NCBI RefSeq assembly: GCF_006345805.1
Contig: NW_021835146.1
Coordinates: forward strand, 5,284 to 69,283
Direction: 5' to 3'
Source of the DNA: Octopus sinensis
Lineage: Eukaryota
Length of the DNA: 64,000 nucleotides
The stretch's first letter is position 1. The number at the start of each line of letters is the position of its first letter. The notes beneath the pieces were generated by a model that made no database searches, was not told the origin of the DNA, and saw only the letters and a list, made by a program, of their open reading frames with translations. The position numbers were made by a program, and so were the translations under genes. This document shows positions 12,284-26,557 of this stretch, piece by piece.

Positions 12284-13129
12284 TGAGACGAAGAGAGAGA
12301 GAGAGAAGATATAAAGTCAAATAAAGGAAGAAAGACATGCAATCAGAAAATAGAGAGAGGCAGGAGATATGGAGCTACAAGTGTCAGGGAAGAGAGAAGG
12401 AGCGGTAATGCGTTAGAAAGAGGTGTAAGAAGAAAGAGGAGGAGTGGTATACAGAGGAGGGAGGAGGACAAGAAGAAACAGAAGGAGGCGAAGGAGGAGA
12501 TGATGAAGAACAAGAAGAAGAAGAACAACAACAACAAGAATTGGAAAACTAGAAGAAGGAAACAAAAGGCGGAAATATATTGTGCAAGAATGAGGAATTT
12601 GAGGAGAGGCAGAGAGTGTGAAAGGTTTAAGTAGAAATTGGTGAGAAAGGAAAATTGAAGGACTGAAGATAAATGAGAAAGAAGAGTGTTAGGAGAGAAA
12701 GTGAGGAGATAGGAAAGAGAGACAGAGAGAGAGAGAGAGAGGGAGAAAGAGTTTTAATTAGAAAGGCGATAAAACATGGAAGTGAAGTAGAGAGATATAG
12801 AAACAGGGGTAGAGAAAGGGGGCGAGAGAGGGGGAGACAGAGAGAGGGGAGAGAGAGAGAGGGGGGAGGCGTTAAAGTGATAAAGCTAGAAGGCAAGACA
12901 AGGAATGAATAATGAGACAAAATGTTACATAAACAAAGACAATTGAATAAGGTGAATGGGCAGGGTGCGGGATCGAACGCACCTACACGAACACATGCAA
13001 ACGTATATACATACATACTTACATATATATATATATATATGTATATATACACATATACACACACACTCACGGAGCAATATTGTCATCCATGTGTGTATAT
13101 ATACGTATGTAAATGTGCATGAAGATATA

Positions 13130-13162
<33 letters not shown>

Positions 13163-13324
13163 ATATATATATGCATATCGCACGTGTTTGTGTGTACATA
13201 GACATACACTCGTGTATTGGATTAATATAATATTTGTTTCTCTCTGGGTGCGTATAAATATACGTATTTATGGATGATTGTACGCATGTATATATATATA
13301 ATGTGTGTGTGTGCATATGTGTGT

Positions 13325-13380
<56 letters not shown>

Positions 13381-13670
13381 ATATACTTATATACATACAC
13401 ACACATATATGCATGTATAACAATACATGTATACTTATAAATGTACACACACAATATATATATATTCATATATCCATGTGAATTCGATTTTCTGTTTCTC
13501 TCATTTGTTACATACATACATGGATATTCATATACGTACACACACACAACCCCCAACCCAACACACATACATTATTATATATATATATATATATATATAT
13601 AGATATATATATATACATATATATACGTATACATATATATACACATATACATACATATATATATATATGC

Positions 13671-13745
<75 letters not shown>

Positions 13746-14180
13746 TATATGTATACACATACACACACATATAAGGAATTCTACAGAAGTCTACGAGTAT
13801 AAGGACGAAGAGAACAGAGGCTAAATAGAGAGAGTGTGTGGCAGACAGACAGGCAGACAGAATAGAGAGGGATGGTGAGAGATAAGAAATGTAAGGCGAA
13901 AGAAGAATAATGAGAGGGGTATTAGTTGAGTGACTTAATGAGAATGAGACAGAGGGAAGGAGAGAGAGAGAGAGTGGAAGGGGAAGGGAATAAGGGAAAG
14001 TAAGGAGAGAAAGAAATATGAAGGAGCTCTAGGGAGGTGAAAGCAGGGAAGGAGAGGTAGTGAGAGATAGAGAAACAGCAGGAAAGAGAAAGAGAGAAAA
14101 GAGAGTAAATAGATTTATTAATGGGAGATAACCAACAAAAAATGCAAGCAAATACCTGTGTATGCGTGTATGTGTGTGTG

Positions 14181-14219
<39 letters not shown>

Positions 14220-14324
14220 TGATTGTATATACGTATGCACACATACATGGAATAGCCAACACTCGACATAATACACTTCGATGTATGTATGCGTATTTGT
14301 GTATGCATGTATGTGTATATATAT

Positions 14325-14355
<31 letters not shown>

Positions 14356-14635
14356 ATATATATATATATATACTCATATATATATACATATATATCTGCG
14401 TGTGTATGTGTGTGTGTATGTGTGTGTGCATGTATGTATACGCACACATGTATATATGCGATATATATATATATATGAATATGTATTTACACACACACTC
14501 ACAGACATATACATGTATTATGTGTGTCTGTATGTATAATTATATGTCTGTGTGTGTGCTTTTGTGCATATAGTTACGTTTGTATCTATGTAATTATATA
14601 TATATACATACACACACACACGCGCGCATATGTGT

Positions 14636-14674
<39 letters not shown>

Positions 14675-15120
14675 TATCGACATAAGTACGTACGTATGTG
14701 TGCATACATGCTGGTAGGTACGTATCCGAAAGACGTAAAAGGGGGAGGGTGACGGTGAGGGCGGTGAAAGCGAATGAGGGGGAGACAACCGAGGAAATTT
14801 GATGACCAAATGTGAGTCAGTCAAAAGTGTTGAGGAGAGAGAGAGAGTCTGGAGAGAAAGACTATTTCTCCCTCTCTCTTATCTGCCTCTCCCTCTCTCT
14901 CTCTTTTTCTCTCTCACCGATTCCCTCTTAATTTGTTAAATTCTTTTACTCCACAGCAAGACGTGACCGGCGTATTCAATTGATTCCAGTGTTTCTAGTT
15001 AATAGATTAAGGAAGATAATGATGTGGCAGGGGGCGGGTGGGGGTGTGGAAGGTGGGGGAGTGGAGGAATGGGGGGGGGAAGGATATTGGATGTGATGGA
15101 AGAGAGAAAAAAGAGGAGGC

Positions 15121-15155
<35 letters not shown>

Positions 15156-16018
15156 TGAATAATGAACGAACTTCACACATATAAGCGTGTACACACACAC
15201 ACACACGGTAATATTCGCACACACACACACCTGTATCAAGGATACATGTATATATGTATGTGTATCTTTCCATCTATATACATACATATATATATATCAC
15301 TCAGTTTATATACATATATATATATATTTACACACACGCACACACACACACACAAACATATATATATATATATATACACGTACTTATAAAAACGCGCATT
15401 CATTCATACATACACATCCTGTGTGTGCGTGTGTTTGTGTGTGAGTGTGTATGTGTCGGTGTGGACGTGTGTGCGTGTGTAAATTGTGTGTGAAATGAAG
15501 AAAGATTGATAGGAGAGAGAGAGGGGGAAAGGGAGGGAAAGAAAGAAAGAGAGAGAGAATGGTGAGAGAGAAATGAAAATTTTATATTAATTCATTCATA
15601 TTTCATTTTACAAGAAGTGTTTGCTTGCTGGCTGGCTAGCTGGTTGGTGGAGTACTGGATGGCTGGTTGGCTGGTTGGCTGGCGGGCGGGCCAGAGGGGA
15701 AGTTCTAACATAGTCACATCATGGGCCACTGTAATAATTACTGATTAGGCGGGAAATTTATCAAGAAAGAAAACGTGACGTTCCTTGATAACGACCTGTA
15801 CGCCACCCGCACCCCATCACCACCACCACCACCACCACCACCACCACAACCACCACCACCATCATCATCATCATTAACAGCAGCAGGAACAATGGTAGTT
15901 ATGATTAAATGAATATTAATAATGATTTTCATCATAGTCACATGATCACACATTATGGTAGGAGTTTGGGTGTGGGGTGAGGATGTGGAAGTAGAACCGG
16001 AGTTAACGGAGGAGAACG

Positions 16019-16132
16019 AACCCGGCACTTGAGAGTTTAATTTATTTACTCCCTTCCAGAGGGATGAAAGGTATGACATGCCGCCCCCTGGTGAGAATCG
16101 AACTCAAAACCTAAAGGACGTAACGAAATACC
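16019..16132 (-). mobile_element. Old SINE B fragment
   Basis: gatgaaagg..gaatcgaactcaaaac..acgaaatacc matches the B body. Confidence 0.6.
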
Positions 16133-16183
16133 AAAAAAGTTGTTTTGTTTGATCTTTCGCAACTCTCGCTCTACATCGGTGAA

Positions 16184-16232
<49 letters not shown>

Positions 16233-16250
16233 TAATAATAATAATAATAA

Positions 16251-16891
16251 TGCCCTGATGCAGTACCAGGCAGTGGCTTGCCCTTATGCAGTACCAGGCA
16301 GTGGCTAATGCCCTGATGCAGTACCAGGCAGTGGTAATGCCCTGATGCAGTACCAGGCAGTGGCTCTCATGGCTTCTGATCTTAACTGATTGGAAGTGTT
16401 ATCATGTACATTGTTTTGTCTTGGTATAAAAGATGGGCTACAGCAAATATTCTGCTCAGTACCACAGATTTGCTTGTCAGTTGTTTGACCTTAACCAGTT
16501 GAGCATGTCCCTTAGTGGCTGACGATATGTGCATCTCTGATCACGAGCAGAAGTAGCGGGGGAGCATCATAGCCATGTGTTGAGAGGGATTCTTTGGGGT
16601 TTGAATAGTTCACCTCTGGAAACATGGGTGGTTCTTTCAACATCCTTAAGCAACCCTTATTCAGGGACCGTTTGAGCGGGATGGGCTACTCAACCTGAAA
16701 AAATTCTAACTGGGCCCCACCTGCAAGGTCATGTGCTGTTTATCTTGATATGAGATCACCATGTCGCGCACATATGGTTGTGATGCATGTGCCTGGTGTA
16801 CCTTTATCAGACGGGTAGTCATGATGGGTATATTGGGCTTCGTATATTTTACCCCAGTGTCACTTTGATGGCATGAACTGCTCTCTCACTC
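16251..16891 (+). mobile_element. Element C, full length, with four tandem 5' units
   Basis: Flanked on both sides by (AAT)n; ends ctctctcactc(aat)n; homologous to three other copies. Confidence 0.92.
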
Positions 16892-16940
16892 AATAATAAT
16901 AATAATAATAATAATAATAATTATAATAATAATAATAATA

Positions 16941-17511
16941 CATTGGAACCTACATACACTGGAAGCTATGCCAACATTATGGAATAACAACAGAAAAAAG
17001 ATGGTATAAGCAACACACCAGAAAAGGTCACAGAAAACGAGAAACAACCATACTCTGGGATATGCCGATACACACAGATAGAGAAATTAAGGCCAACAGA
17101 CCAGATATAGTTGTCAGAGATCATGAAGAAAAAAATGCTTTCTAATTGATGTATCATATACCAGCAGATGACAACGTGTCTCTAAAAGAAATGGAGAAAC
17201 TTTCAAAATACAAAGACCTGGAAATAGAGGTAACCAGAATGTGGAATCTAAAAACAGAAAAAATCCTATCATAGTAGGTGCATTAGGCATGATAAAAAAA
17301 TATTCAGACAAATACATAAGAAAAACACCAGGACTTACAAACACATATAACATACAGAAAATTGCACTACTAGGCACTGCACACACATCCTACGCAGAAC
17401 ACTTTCCATACAATAATCATCAGAGCATCACAACAAATCACAGCACATACCTAAGGCACACAGAGCTGTGCTCGGTAGTGAAGTGAAAGCACGCTATAAA
17501 AATAAAACTAT

Positions 17512-17515
<4 letters not shown>
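16941..17515 (+). pseudogene. RLE-1: 5'-truncated non-LTR retrotransposon (R4/Dong-like), restriction-like endonuclease domain plus 3'UTR
   Basis: Frameshift-corrected translation IHWKLCQHYG..ILWDMPIHTDREIKANRPDIVVRD..CFLIDVS..DDNVSLKEMEKLSKYKDLEIE..PIIVGALG..ALLGTAHILRRTLSIQ* (stop 17414-17416); inserted in (AAT)n. Confidence 0.88.
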
Positions 17516-17583
<68 letters not shown>

Positions 17584-17588
<5 letters not shown>

Positions 17589-17800
17589 CTCTATGTAATC
17601 CCAAGGTTTAAAACAAACTTTGTTATTTATTTATTTATTTATTTATTTTTATTTTTTTATGTATTAGACATCCTATAGCAACACAACAAAAAAAAAAAAA
17701 ACCAAATATATGGCACAGAACTTCCAACCTGTTGTCTCTTGAGGTCTCTGGGTGAGACTTGGAGTCAACTTGTACAGACATAAAGCAAAAGTCAAACATA

Positions 17801-17801
<1 letters not shown>
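17584..17801 (+). mobile_element. RLE-2 3'UTR-only copy
   Basis: Matches 55950-56170 from the last codons (atactctctatgtaa) to caaacatag(aat)n. Confidence 0.88.
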
Positions 17802-17844
<43 letters not shown>

Positions 17845-17864
17845 TAATAATAATGATAATAATA

Positions 17865-17904
<40 letters not shown>

Positions 17905-17905
17905 C

Positions 17906-17943
<38 letters not shown>

Positions 17944-17967
17944 GTAATGATGATGGTGTCGGAGAAA

Positions 17968-18389
17968 TGTAAGATTTTCGGGACTTCCCTATTCAAACGG
18001 ACAAACAATAAAAGTCAAGGAAAAGCGAAGCTGCTTGCTAATTGATCCCTCATGCCCGTTTGATTCCAGGATCATAAAGAAAGAGGACGAAAAACGAAAA
18101 AAAATAATAAAAAATACAATCCCTTAAAAATTTGAAAATGCGAGAATTTGGAGTAAAAGTTGTGCCTATAATAACTGGTATATTGGGAACTGTGAGTAAA
18201 GATATAGAGAAATCGTTGAAGGAGATAGGAATAGAATGTTCGATAGACTTTCGACAGAAAGTTCGCCTCCTAGGGACAGGAAAGATTTTCGGAAGGGTCT
18301 TAAGCATTTGAAAGACTATTGAAAGATTATGGATACCGGCTAGCCACATAATCCCTGCCAGGAATAAGAACGAATCTGAATAGAACCAA

Positions 18390-18390
<1 letters not shown>
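17968..18390 (+). pseudogene. RLE-3: third RLE retrotransposon family, decayed C-terminus
   Basis: DFPIQTDK..KRSCLLIDPSCPFDSRIIKKEDEK..KYNPL..VKVVPIITGILGTVSKDIEKSLKEIGIE..QKVRLLGTGKIFGRVLSI* (stop 18309-18311); RPD segment deleted. Confidence 0.78.
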
Positions 18391-18486
<96 letters not shown>

Positions 18487-18496
18487 CGACGACGAC

Positions 18497-18530
<34 letters not shown>

Positions 18531-18531
18531 C

Positions 18532-18562
<31 letters not shown>

Positions 18563-18587
18563 GGTGGTGGTGGTGATGATGATGATG

Positions 18588-18618
<31 letters not shown>

Positions 18619-18621
18619 AGA

Positions 18622-18655
<34 letters not shown>

Positions 18656-18770
18656 GGTGGTGGTGATGATGATGATGATGATAATGACGATGACGACGAT
18701 GATGATGATGATGATGATGATGATGACGACGATGACGATGACGGAGACGACGACGATGATGATGATGATG
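18391..18770. repeat. Compound (TAC)/(AAT)/(GAT)/(GGT) microsatellite with a duplicated block
   Basis: Direct inspection. Confidence 0.9.
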
Positions 18771-18810
18771 ATTTCAAACTTTGCCACAAGGGCGGCAGTT
18801 TTGTGGGATG

Positions 18811-18940
18811 GGTCTAGTACGCAACTGGTACTTAATTTATCGACGCCGAAAGGATGAAAGGCAATGTCGAACCTCGGTGATATTGGAACTCAGAGCGTAA
18901 GGACAGATGAAATGTCGCCAAGCATTTTGTCTAAAGTGCT
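18811..18940 (-). mobile_element. SINE B2 fragment
   Basis: agtacgcaactggtacttaatttatcgac..gaaaggatgaaaggc..gaactcagagcgtaag. Confidence 0.8.
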
Positions 18941-19334
18941 ATAGTAATAAATGACAGGTTCACTCCATCGGCCAGGCTTCTCCACAGTTTCCATCTACCC
19001 AGTTTTATTCGCTACGTATGGTTAGTCCAAGGCTACAGAAAACGATATTTCCCTAAAATATTATGGAATGGTATCGAACTCAGGAATTCGTTGTCAGAAA
19101 GCGAACTTCTTAACGATTCTGTTTAATAATGGGCTTAACAACATTGAATAACATAATCATAATAAATACAAGATATTGAATACTAAATGGCAGTGGCATG
19201 GCTGGAAAGCCTTTGATTATAGATGTACTTAATCAGGACTAAACAATAACAGCAACATCAGAAGCCCTTTCTTGTCCCACATTAACCCATTTCATTATCC
19301 CAGTTCACTGTCTTCTAGCTTATTTGTGCATACA

Positions 19335-19505
19335 GGCGCAGTTGTGGCTGTATGGTGAGTAGCTTGCTTACCAACCACATGGTTCCAGGTTCAGTCCCAC
19401 TGCCTGACAACTTGGGCAAGTGTCTTCTACTATAGCCTTGGGCCGACCAAAGACTTGTGAGTGGATTTGGTAGACAGAAACTGAAAGAAGCCCGTCGTAT
19501 ATATG

Positions 19506-19557
<52 letters not shown>

Positions 19558-19808
19558 CGCGCGTATGTGCGCGCGTGTGTGCGCGCGCGTGTGTGTGTGT
19601 GTATGTTTGTGTGTCTGTGTTTGTCCCCCCAATATCGCTTGACAACCGATGCTGGTGTGTCTACGTCCCCGTAACTTAGCGGTTCGGCAAAAGAGACCGA
19701 TAGAATAAGTATTAGGCTTACGAAGAATAAGTCTAGGGGTTGAGTTGCTCGACTAAAGGCGGTGCTCCAGCATGGCCGCAGTCAAATGACTGAAACAAGT
19801 AAAAGAGT
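19335..19808 (+). mobile_element. SINE family A, full length
   Basis: Head ggcgcagttgtggctgtatggtgag, central (TA)/(TG)/(GC) microsatellite, complete tail. Confidence 0.93.
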
Positions 19809-19814
19809 TATATA

Positions 19815-19930
19815 TTTTGTAACTTCAGTCATTGGACTACGGCCAAGCTGGGGCACCGTCTGGAAGAGTTTTAGTTGAAGAGATCGAACCCAGTTCCCGT
19901 TCCTTTGAAGTCCGCTGCTTACTCTATCGG
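19815..19930 (-). mobile_element. SINE A-variant tail, tail-to-tail with the previous copy
   Basis: Reverse complement cggtgccccagcttggccgtagtccaatgactgaag. Confidence 0.7.
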
Positions 19931-20454
19931 CAATTTCGATAACTAATAAATTAACGCTTCACGGCGGTCTGTGCTCCCATGTCTGTCTGTTTGTTTGACT
20001 GACAGTCTGTCTGAAAGACCGTCCGTTTGACTGTCAGTCTCTCAGTTTGTCTGTCTGTCGGTCAATCTGTCTGATTGCCAGTTTGTCTGTTTGTCTGGCT
20101 GTCAGTCACTCTTCTGGACGAAAGCTTTTAATAAGATAAAAACGTTATTTGCTGCAAACATGGCCGACATTATAATTTAGGACAATTCACGCCATGTTTG
20201 ATAAGACAATATTTAATCAAACAGCAGGTTTTTTTTTTACTGTGTTTACCGTTTGTTTGTCAGTTTTACGTTACCTTTTAATCTTTGCGTTTTTGTTTGT
20301 CTATTTATGCTTGTTTTTGTTGGTTGTTGATTGTTGCCGTTGTAGTTATTCGCTTTGTTATTGCTGCGAACATTGTTCGTTGGTATTTGAATATTCGCTC
20401 CTCTCCCTCCCTCTCGTTCCTTTCACATTCCCCGTCAGTCCATCTGTTTCTCAG

Positions 20455-20990
<536 letters not shown>

Positions 20991-21495
20991 TGTACATATT
21001 TTTATCCCTCCTCTCTCTCTCTCTCTCTCTCTCTCAGTCTATGTATCAATCTAGATAGACAGACAGACAGACAGACAGATACATATATATATATATACAA
21101 ATACACATACAAAGGTACACGCATACGTACATACATACACACACATACATAAATACATACATACACACACACATATATATATACATACACACACACATAT
21201 ATATATATACATATATACATAAGTACATATATACATACATACACACACACACATTGGAAGGCGGTGAGAAAGAGGAGAGAGTGGAAGAGAAGAAGAAGGG
21301 AGAAGATTGGGAATATGGCATTGTGACTATAACGTGTGTATATTTACATGAGTGTTTAAAATGATATAATTGAATTGATTCATCAAATTTATATACACGC
21401 GCGACAAATATGTATATGCACGTATGTATATTCAGAGGCGTCATTCATCCGTGTCCGATGTGTATGAAAATCGACATTTTGATTACGCGGGATAA

Positions 21496-21572
<77 letters not shown>

Positions 21573-21794
21573 TGCCAATATAAAATTACAAACTGTATAT
21601 GTTACTTGTAAGATGCTGAACGTGTTTCTATAGATATATGTATGTACGTTTGTGTGTGTGTATATCTATATATATATATATATATATAATATTATATATA
21701 TACATAATATATGTATATATGTATATATATATATATATACATAAATAATGTATATATATATATATATATATTATATATACATAAATATATTTGT

Positions 21795-21930
21795 ATATCT
21801 GTATTTGTGTATCTGTGTGTTGTCGCCCCAAACATCGCTTGTTGGTGTTTTTATGTCCTGGGGTCGATTCGTTCGACTAAAAGCAGTGCTCCAGCATGGC
21901 TACAGACAAATGACTGAAACAAGTAAAAGA
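21795..21930 (+). mobile_element. SINE A 3' half with an internal deletion between two gtcc
   Basis: catcgctt..ggtgtttttatgtcc|tggggtcgatt..gactgaaacaagtaaaaga. Confidence 0.8.
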
Positions 21931-22370
21931 AATATAATGTGTGTGTGTCAATGTGTATTTATGTATGTGATGTATGCATATCTGTATGAAAATGTTTCTA
22001 ATATGGGTGAATATATATACACGTACACATACAGACACACACACACACACGTGTGTGTGTGTGTTAATGCCCATCCGGGTTCGTTGTCTTCAGATAGAAA
22101 GCGATGAATCAATTAACGAAATGTAATCTTTCTAGCTTTCTCCGTTGTTACGGGTACGTGTGTGAGTGTGTATCTGCGTGTGCATCTGTGTGTGTGTGTG
22201 TGTTTGTGTATGTGTGTATGTGTGTGTGTGTGTGTGGGATGTGCGTGTGAGTGCATCTTGACAACAAAAGTCTTTGGGAAAAAAAATAGTCAACAGAAAC
22301 AAAGCGATGCAGTTGAAATGTCAAGTTTTATCACGCTCCATAACTTGTAACTTTGTTTACAATCACGCTA

Positions 22371-22409
<39 letters not shown>

Positions 22410-23092
22410 GTGTGAGTATGTATGCACGTATGTGTTTATGTATGTATGCACATGTGTGTATGTACGTGTGCACATGTGTGTATATATGTGTGGATGTGTG
22501 TATGTATGTATGTATCTGTGTATGTATGTGTGTATGCATGCATGTATGTGTTTATGTATGTGTACGCATGTGTGTATGTGTGTATGTATGTATCTGTGCA
22601 TGTATGAGTGTGAGTATATCTGTGTATGTATGTATGTATGAATGTATGTACATGTGCATATATGGATGTATGTATGAGTGAATATATGTGTATGTATTCA
22701 TATATGTATATAGTTATCAGTATGTGTGTGTGTGTGTATGTATAAATACACACATGTATGTATATATTTATGTGTGTATATATATACATCTTTTTTTTTT
22801 CCTCCCATTTTTTCTCGTTGCATGTTCAATTAATTACTTAACAATCCACGCTACAAAATAATTAATTAATTCAATCAATGAGGACATATTAATATTCAGT
22901 CTTGTTGTAATTTTGCTCGACAAACCTATGTCTGCCTGACAACCAAATAATGGCGACTTCCGGAACATTTTTCGTTGATTCAATTCTCACGATTTACATA
23001 ACAACACGTGTTTTCTTTTTATTTTATTTACTTATTTCATATTCGGTTTGTTACAGCTACTGCTGCTGTTGTTTTTTATCTCCAAATTTACC

Positions 23093-23337
23093 CTATTTCT
23101 TTGTCCACAAGGGGCTAAACACAGAGGGTACAAACAAGGACAGACAAACGGATTAAGTCGATTACATCGACCTCATTTGTAACTGGTACTTAATTTATCG
23201 ACCCCGAGAGGATGAAAGGCAAAGTCGACCTCAGCGGAATTTGAACTCAGAACGTAACGGCAGACGAAATACGGCTACGTCTTTCGCCCGGTACGCTAAT
23301 GATTCTGCCAGCTAATGATTCTGCCAGCTCGCCGCCT
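23093..23337 (-). mobile_element. SINE B1, full length, 15-bp TSD
   Basis: TSD tccaaatttacccta at 23081-23095 and 23339-23353; internal 16-bp tandem duplication at 23295-23326. Confidence 0.93.
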
Positions 23338-23430
23338 TTCCAAATTTACCCTAATCCATGAGAACTGTGTTGCAAGCCTTCCCAATATTTTTTGTCCCCA
23401 AGAACTAATACCCACCAGCCTATATAGTCC

Positions 23431-23620
23431 CCACCCGCTATCGCTTGACAACCGATGCTGGTGTGTTTACGTCCTCCATAACTTAGCGTTTTGGCAAGGA
23501 AGAGACCGATAGAATAAGTACCGGGCTTACAAAGAATAATTCTCGGGGGTCGATTCCTTCGGTCAAAAAACGCGGCGCTCCAGCATGGCCACAATCAAAA
23601 TGACTGGAACATGTAAGGGA
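23431..23620 (+). mobile_element. SINE A 3' half
   Basis: atcgcttgacaaccgatgctggtgtgtttacgtcc..gaccgatagaataagtacc..ctccagcatggcc. Confidence 0.85.
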
Positions 23621-24757
23621 AAATTAGACCTAAATAAGTACGTCAGTCACCAAGCTGGCTGAATCGGTAGAGCGTTTAATAGGATGCTTGGCGTTATTTT
23701 GTTTCGGAGGTCTGCGTTTAAGTTCAAATCCCGCCGAGGTCATCTAAGTCTTTTGTTCTCTTGGATTCGATAAATACGGTACCAGGGACGTGCTGAAGTA
23801 GATTCTTCTTCCTTAGCGTGCCTCCTTTTCTCTCTTGCTTTATAAGATATTATAAGGAATTGTTGGAAAATGTTTAAATATTTTGTATAAACCAGTTTAT
23901 TGCACATAAATTTGAACAACAAAATTTTATATCGAGCCCCTACCCACCACACCACACCACACCACCACCACGCCACGACCACCACCACCAAAGGCCATAT
24001 GGAATCCCCCCACCTCAGGCCATACGGACTCCGGTTGAGAACTACTATTTTAGTTTAAAAAATCGACCCAAGAACTTAGTTTTAAATCTGGTACAAATTC
24101 TATCGGTTCTTTCGTTGAACCTTTAAGTTATTTATTTTATAAACCCTCGGATGGCTGAATGTAGAAGTTTCGGCGACTGAATTCGAACTCAGGATACTTT
24201 AATAAAGGGGGAGGTCAAGTAATGTATGATTCGTTTACTTCCGGTTTGTTTAATGAGTTAATCTACTTCTAACGACTCCTCACTTTCACAGAACCAAATT
24301 ATCGATTTCCTTGGATAAATCGTACAATTTCTGATTAATATTTAATAATTTGTCTATGATTAGTTAAAGTAAAACTTAAAACAGCATTATGGCGGTGTTC
24401 TCCTCATTGATTTTGAAATCAATAATTTTTCTAAGTGAAGCCGTGATTGGCTGCATTTGCAATCAACATCTCTCTCTCTCTCTCCCTTTCTGATAACTTT
24501 CTGGATCATAGCTTCGATTAAGTATGGTTTGACGGAATTGAGTTATTGATCTTTTTTTCCGTTTACCTGTGGTCATTCTATCATATCGAGCAGATCTTTG
24601 GTGAGGAGGGGGGGTAGAAATACATACATACATATATACATATAGATACAGCATATATATATAATATATATATATATTATATGTATATATATATATATAT
24701 ATTATTATATATATTATATATATATATATATATAATATATATATGTATATATATATG

Positions 24758-24837
<80 letters not shown>

Positions 24838-24889
24838 AGCATATATGTATGCATATGTATACTTGTATATATATATATATAGATACTAC

Positions 24890-24923
<34 letters not shown>

Positions 24924-25269
24924 GTGGAGAGAGAGAGAGAGAGAGAGAGAGTAGAGAGAGATAGAGAGATGCATATACGTATGCATGTATGTATATGTAT
25001 ACCTGTGTATGTATATATATATATATATATATATATGTATTTTCGTTACAAGTAGGGTCCACGAATGACTGCTAATCAAAGGACGAGCTGATAGGCGAGC
25101 CCTAATCATAAATTCCTCCCACTACTGCTAATCAGTAATCTTTACTTACCACGTGGTATCTGTAATCAGCCATGCTGGTTGCATTAAGCGTACAGTGTAC
25201 TTGCATCTGTCACAATCGGTCACGTGAGACTGCTATTTGTGTGTGTATGTGTGTAGGTATATATATATA

Positions 25270-25345
25270 TATGCATGCATGTATGTATGCATGTATGTAT
25301 GCATGTATGTATGTATGTATGTATGTATGTATGAATGTATGTATG

Positions 25346-25377
<32 letters not shown>

Positions 25378-25800
25378 GTATGTATGTATGTATGTATGTA
25401 TGTATGAATGCATGTATATGTGTGTGCATGTATGTATGATGTATGTATGAATGGATGTATGTATGTATGTATGCAGGTATGTATGTATGCATGTTTATGT
25501 ATGTATGTATGTATGTATGTATTATGAATGTATGTATGTATGTATGTTGCAGGGCTCGAATGCATGTATATGTGTGTGCATGTATGTATGTATGTATGTA
25601 TGTATGCATGTATGTATATGTATGTATGTATGCATGTATGTATGTATGCATGTATGTATGTATGTATGATGATGTATGTATGTATGTAGTATGTATTGAT
25701 GCATGTATATGGGTGTGCATGTAGTATGTATGTATGTATGTATGTATGTATGTATGTATGTATGTATGTATGTATGTATGTGTGTATGTATGTATGTATA
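25270..25800. repeat. (TATG)n array
   Basis: Direct inspection. Confidence 0.95.
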
Positions 25801-26073
25801 ATCTAGTTGTCATAGAATTAAGGAATGGTAATCGTTAAATTATTGTTGCTCAACCGATCATTTAACTAAGAATGTAATTTAATAAATATGATCAATTTAT
25901 GCCAGTGATTAATAACTGGCAATCTCTCTATCTATCTCTCTCTCTCTTAATCTTGCTCTATCTCTCTCTATCTCTCTCTCTCGCTCACTCACTCTCTATA
26001 AACGTATGTGTGTATGTGTATGTGAGTGTGTATGTGTATGTGTGTGTATGTGATTATATATATATAAGTTAAT

Positions 26074-26340
<267 letters not shown>

Positions 26341-26408
26341 GAGAGAAAAAAGGAGAGAGAAAAAAGGAGAGAAAAAAGGAGAGGACAAAAAGGAGAGAAA
26401 AATAGATG

Positions 26409-26474
<66 letters not shown>

Positions 26475-26511
26475 GAGAGATAGATAGATAGCCAGAAAGA
26501 TAGATAGATAG

Positions 26512-26557
<46 letters not shown>

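Noticed and set aside
16251-16365. CRISPR-like 28-bp direct repeats
   Set aside because: No unique spacers, no cas genes, eukaryotic context; they are the duplicated 5' end of element C
17385-17425. Minus-strand CTGATGA..GAAA at the RLE-1 stop
   Set aside because: No helix I pairing, and it overlaps coding sequence; probably coincidental
19335-19410. tRNA-like sequences at SINE heads
   Set aside because: A/B-box-like motifs are present, but there is no complete cloverleaf and each continues into a SINE body
23993-24047. hAT/Charlie-like end ggttgagaactacta
   Set aside because: No matching second terminus or TSD found
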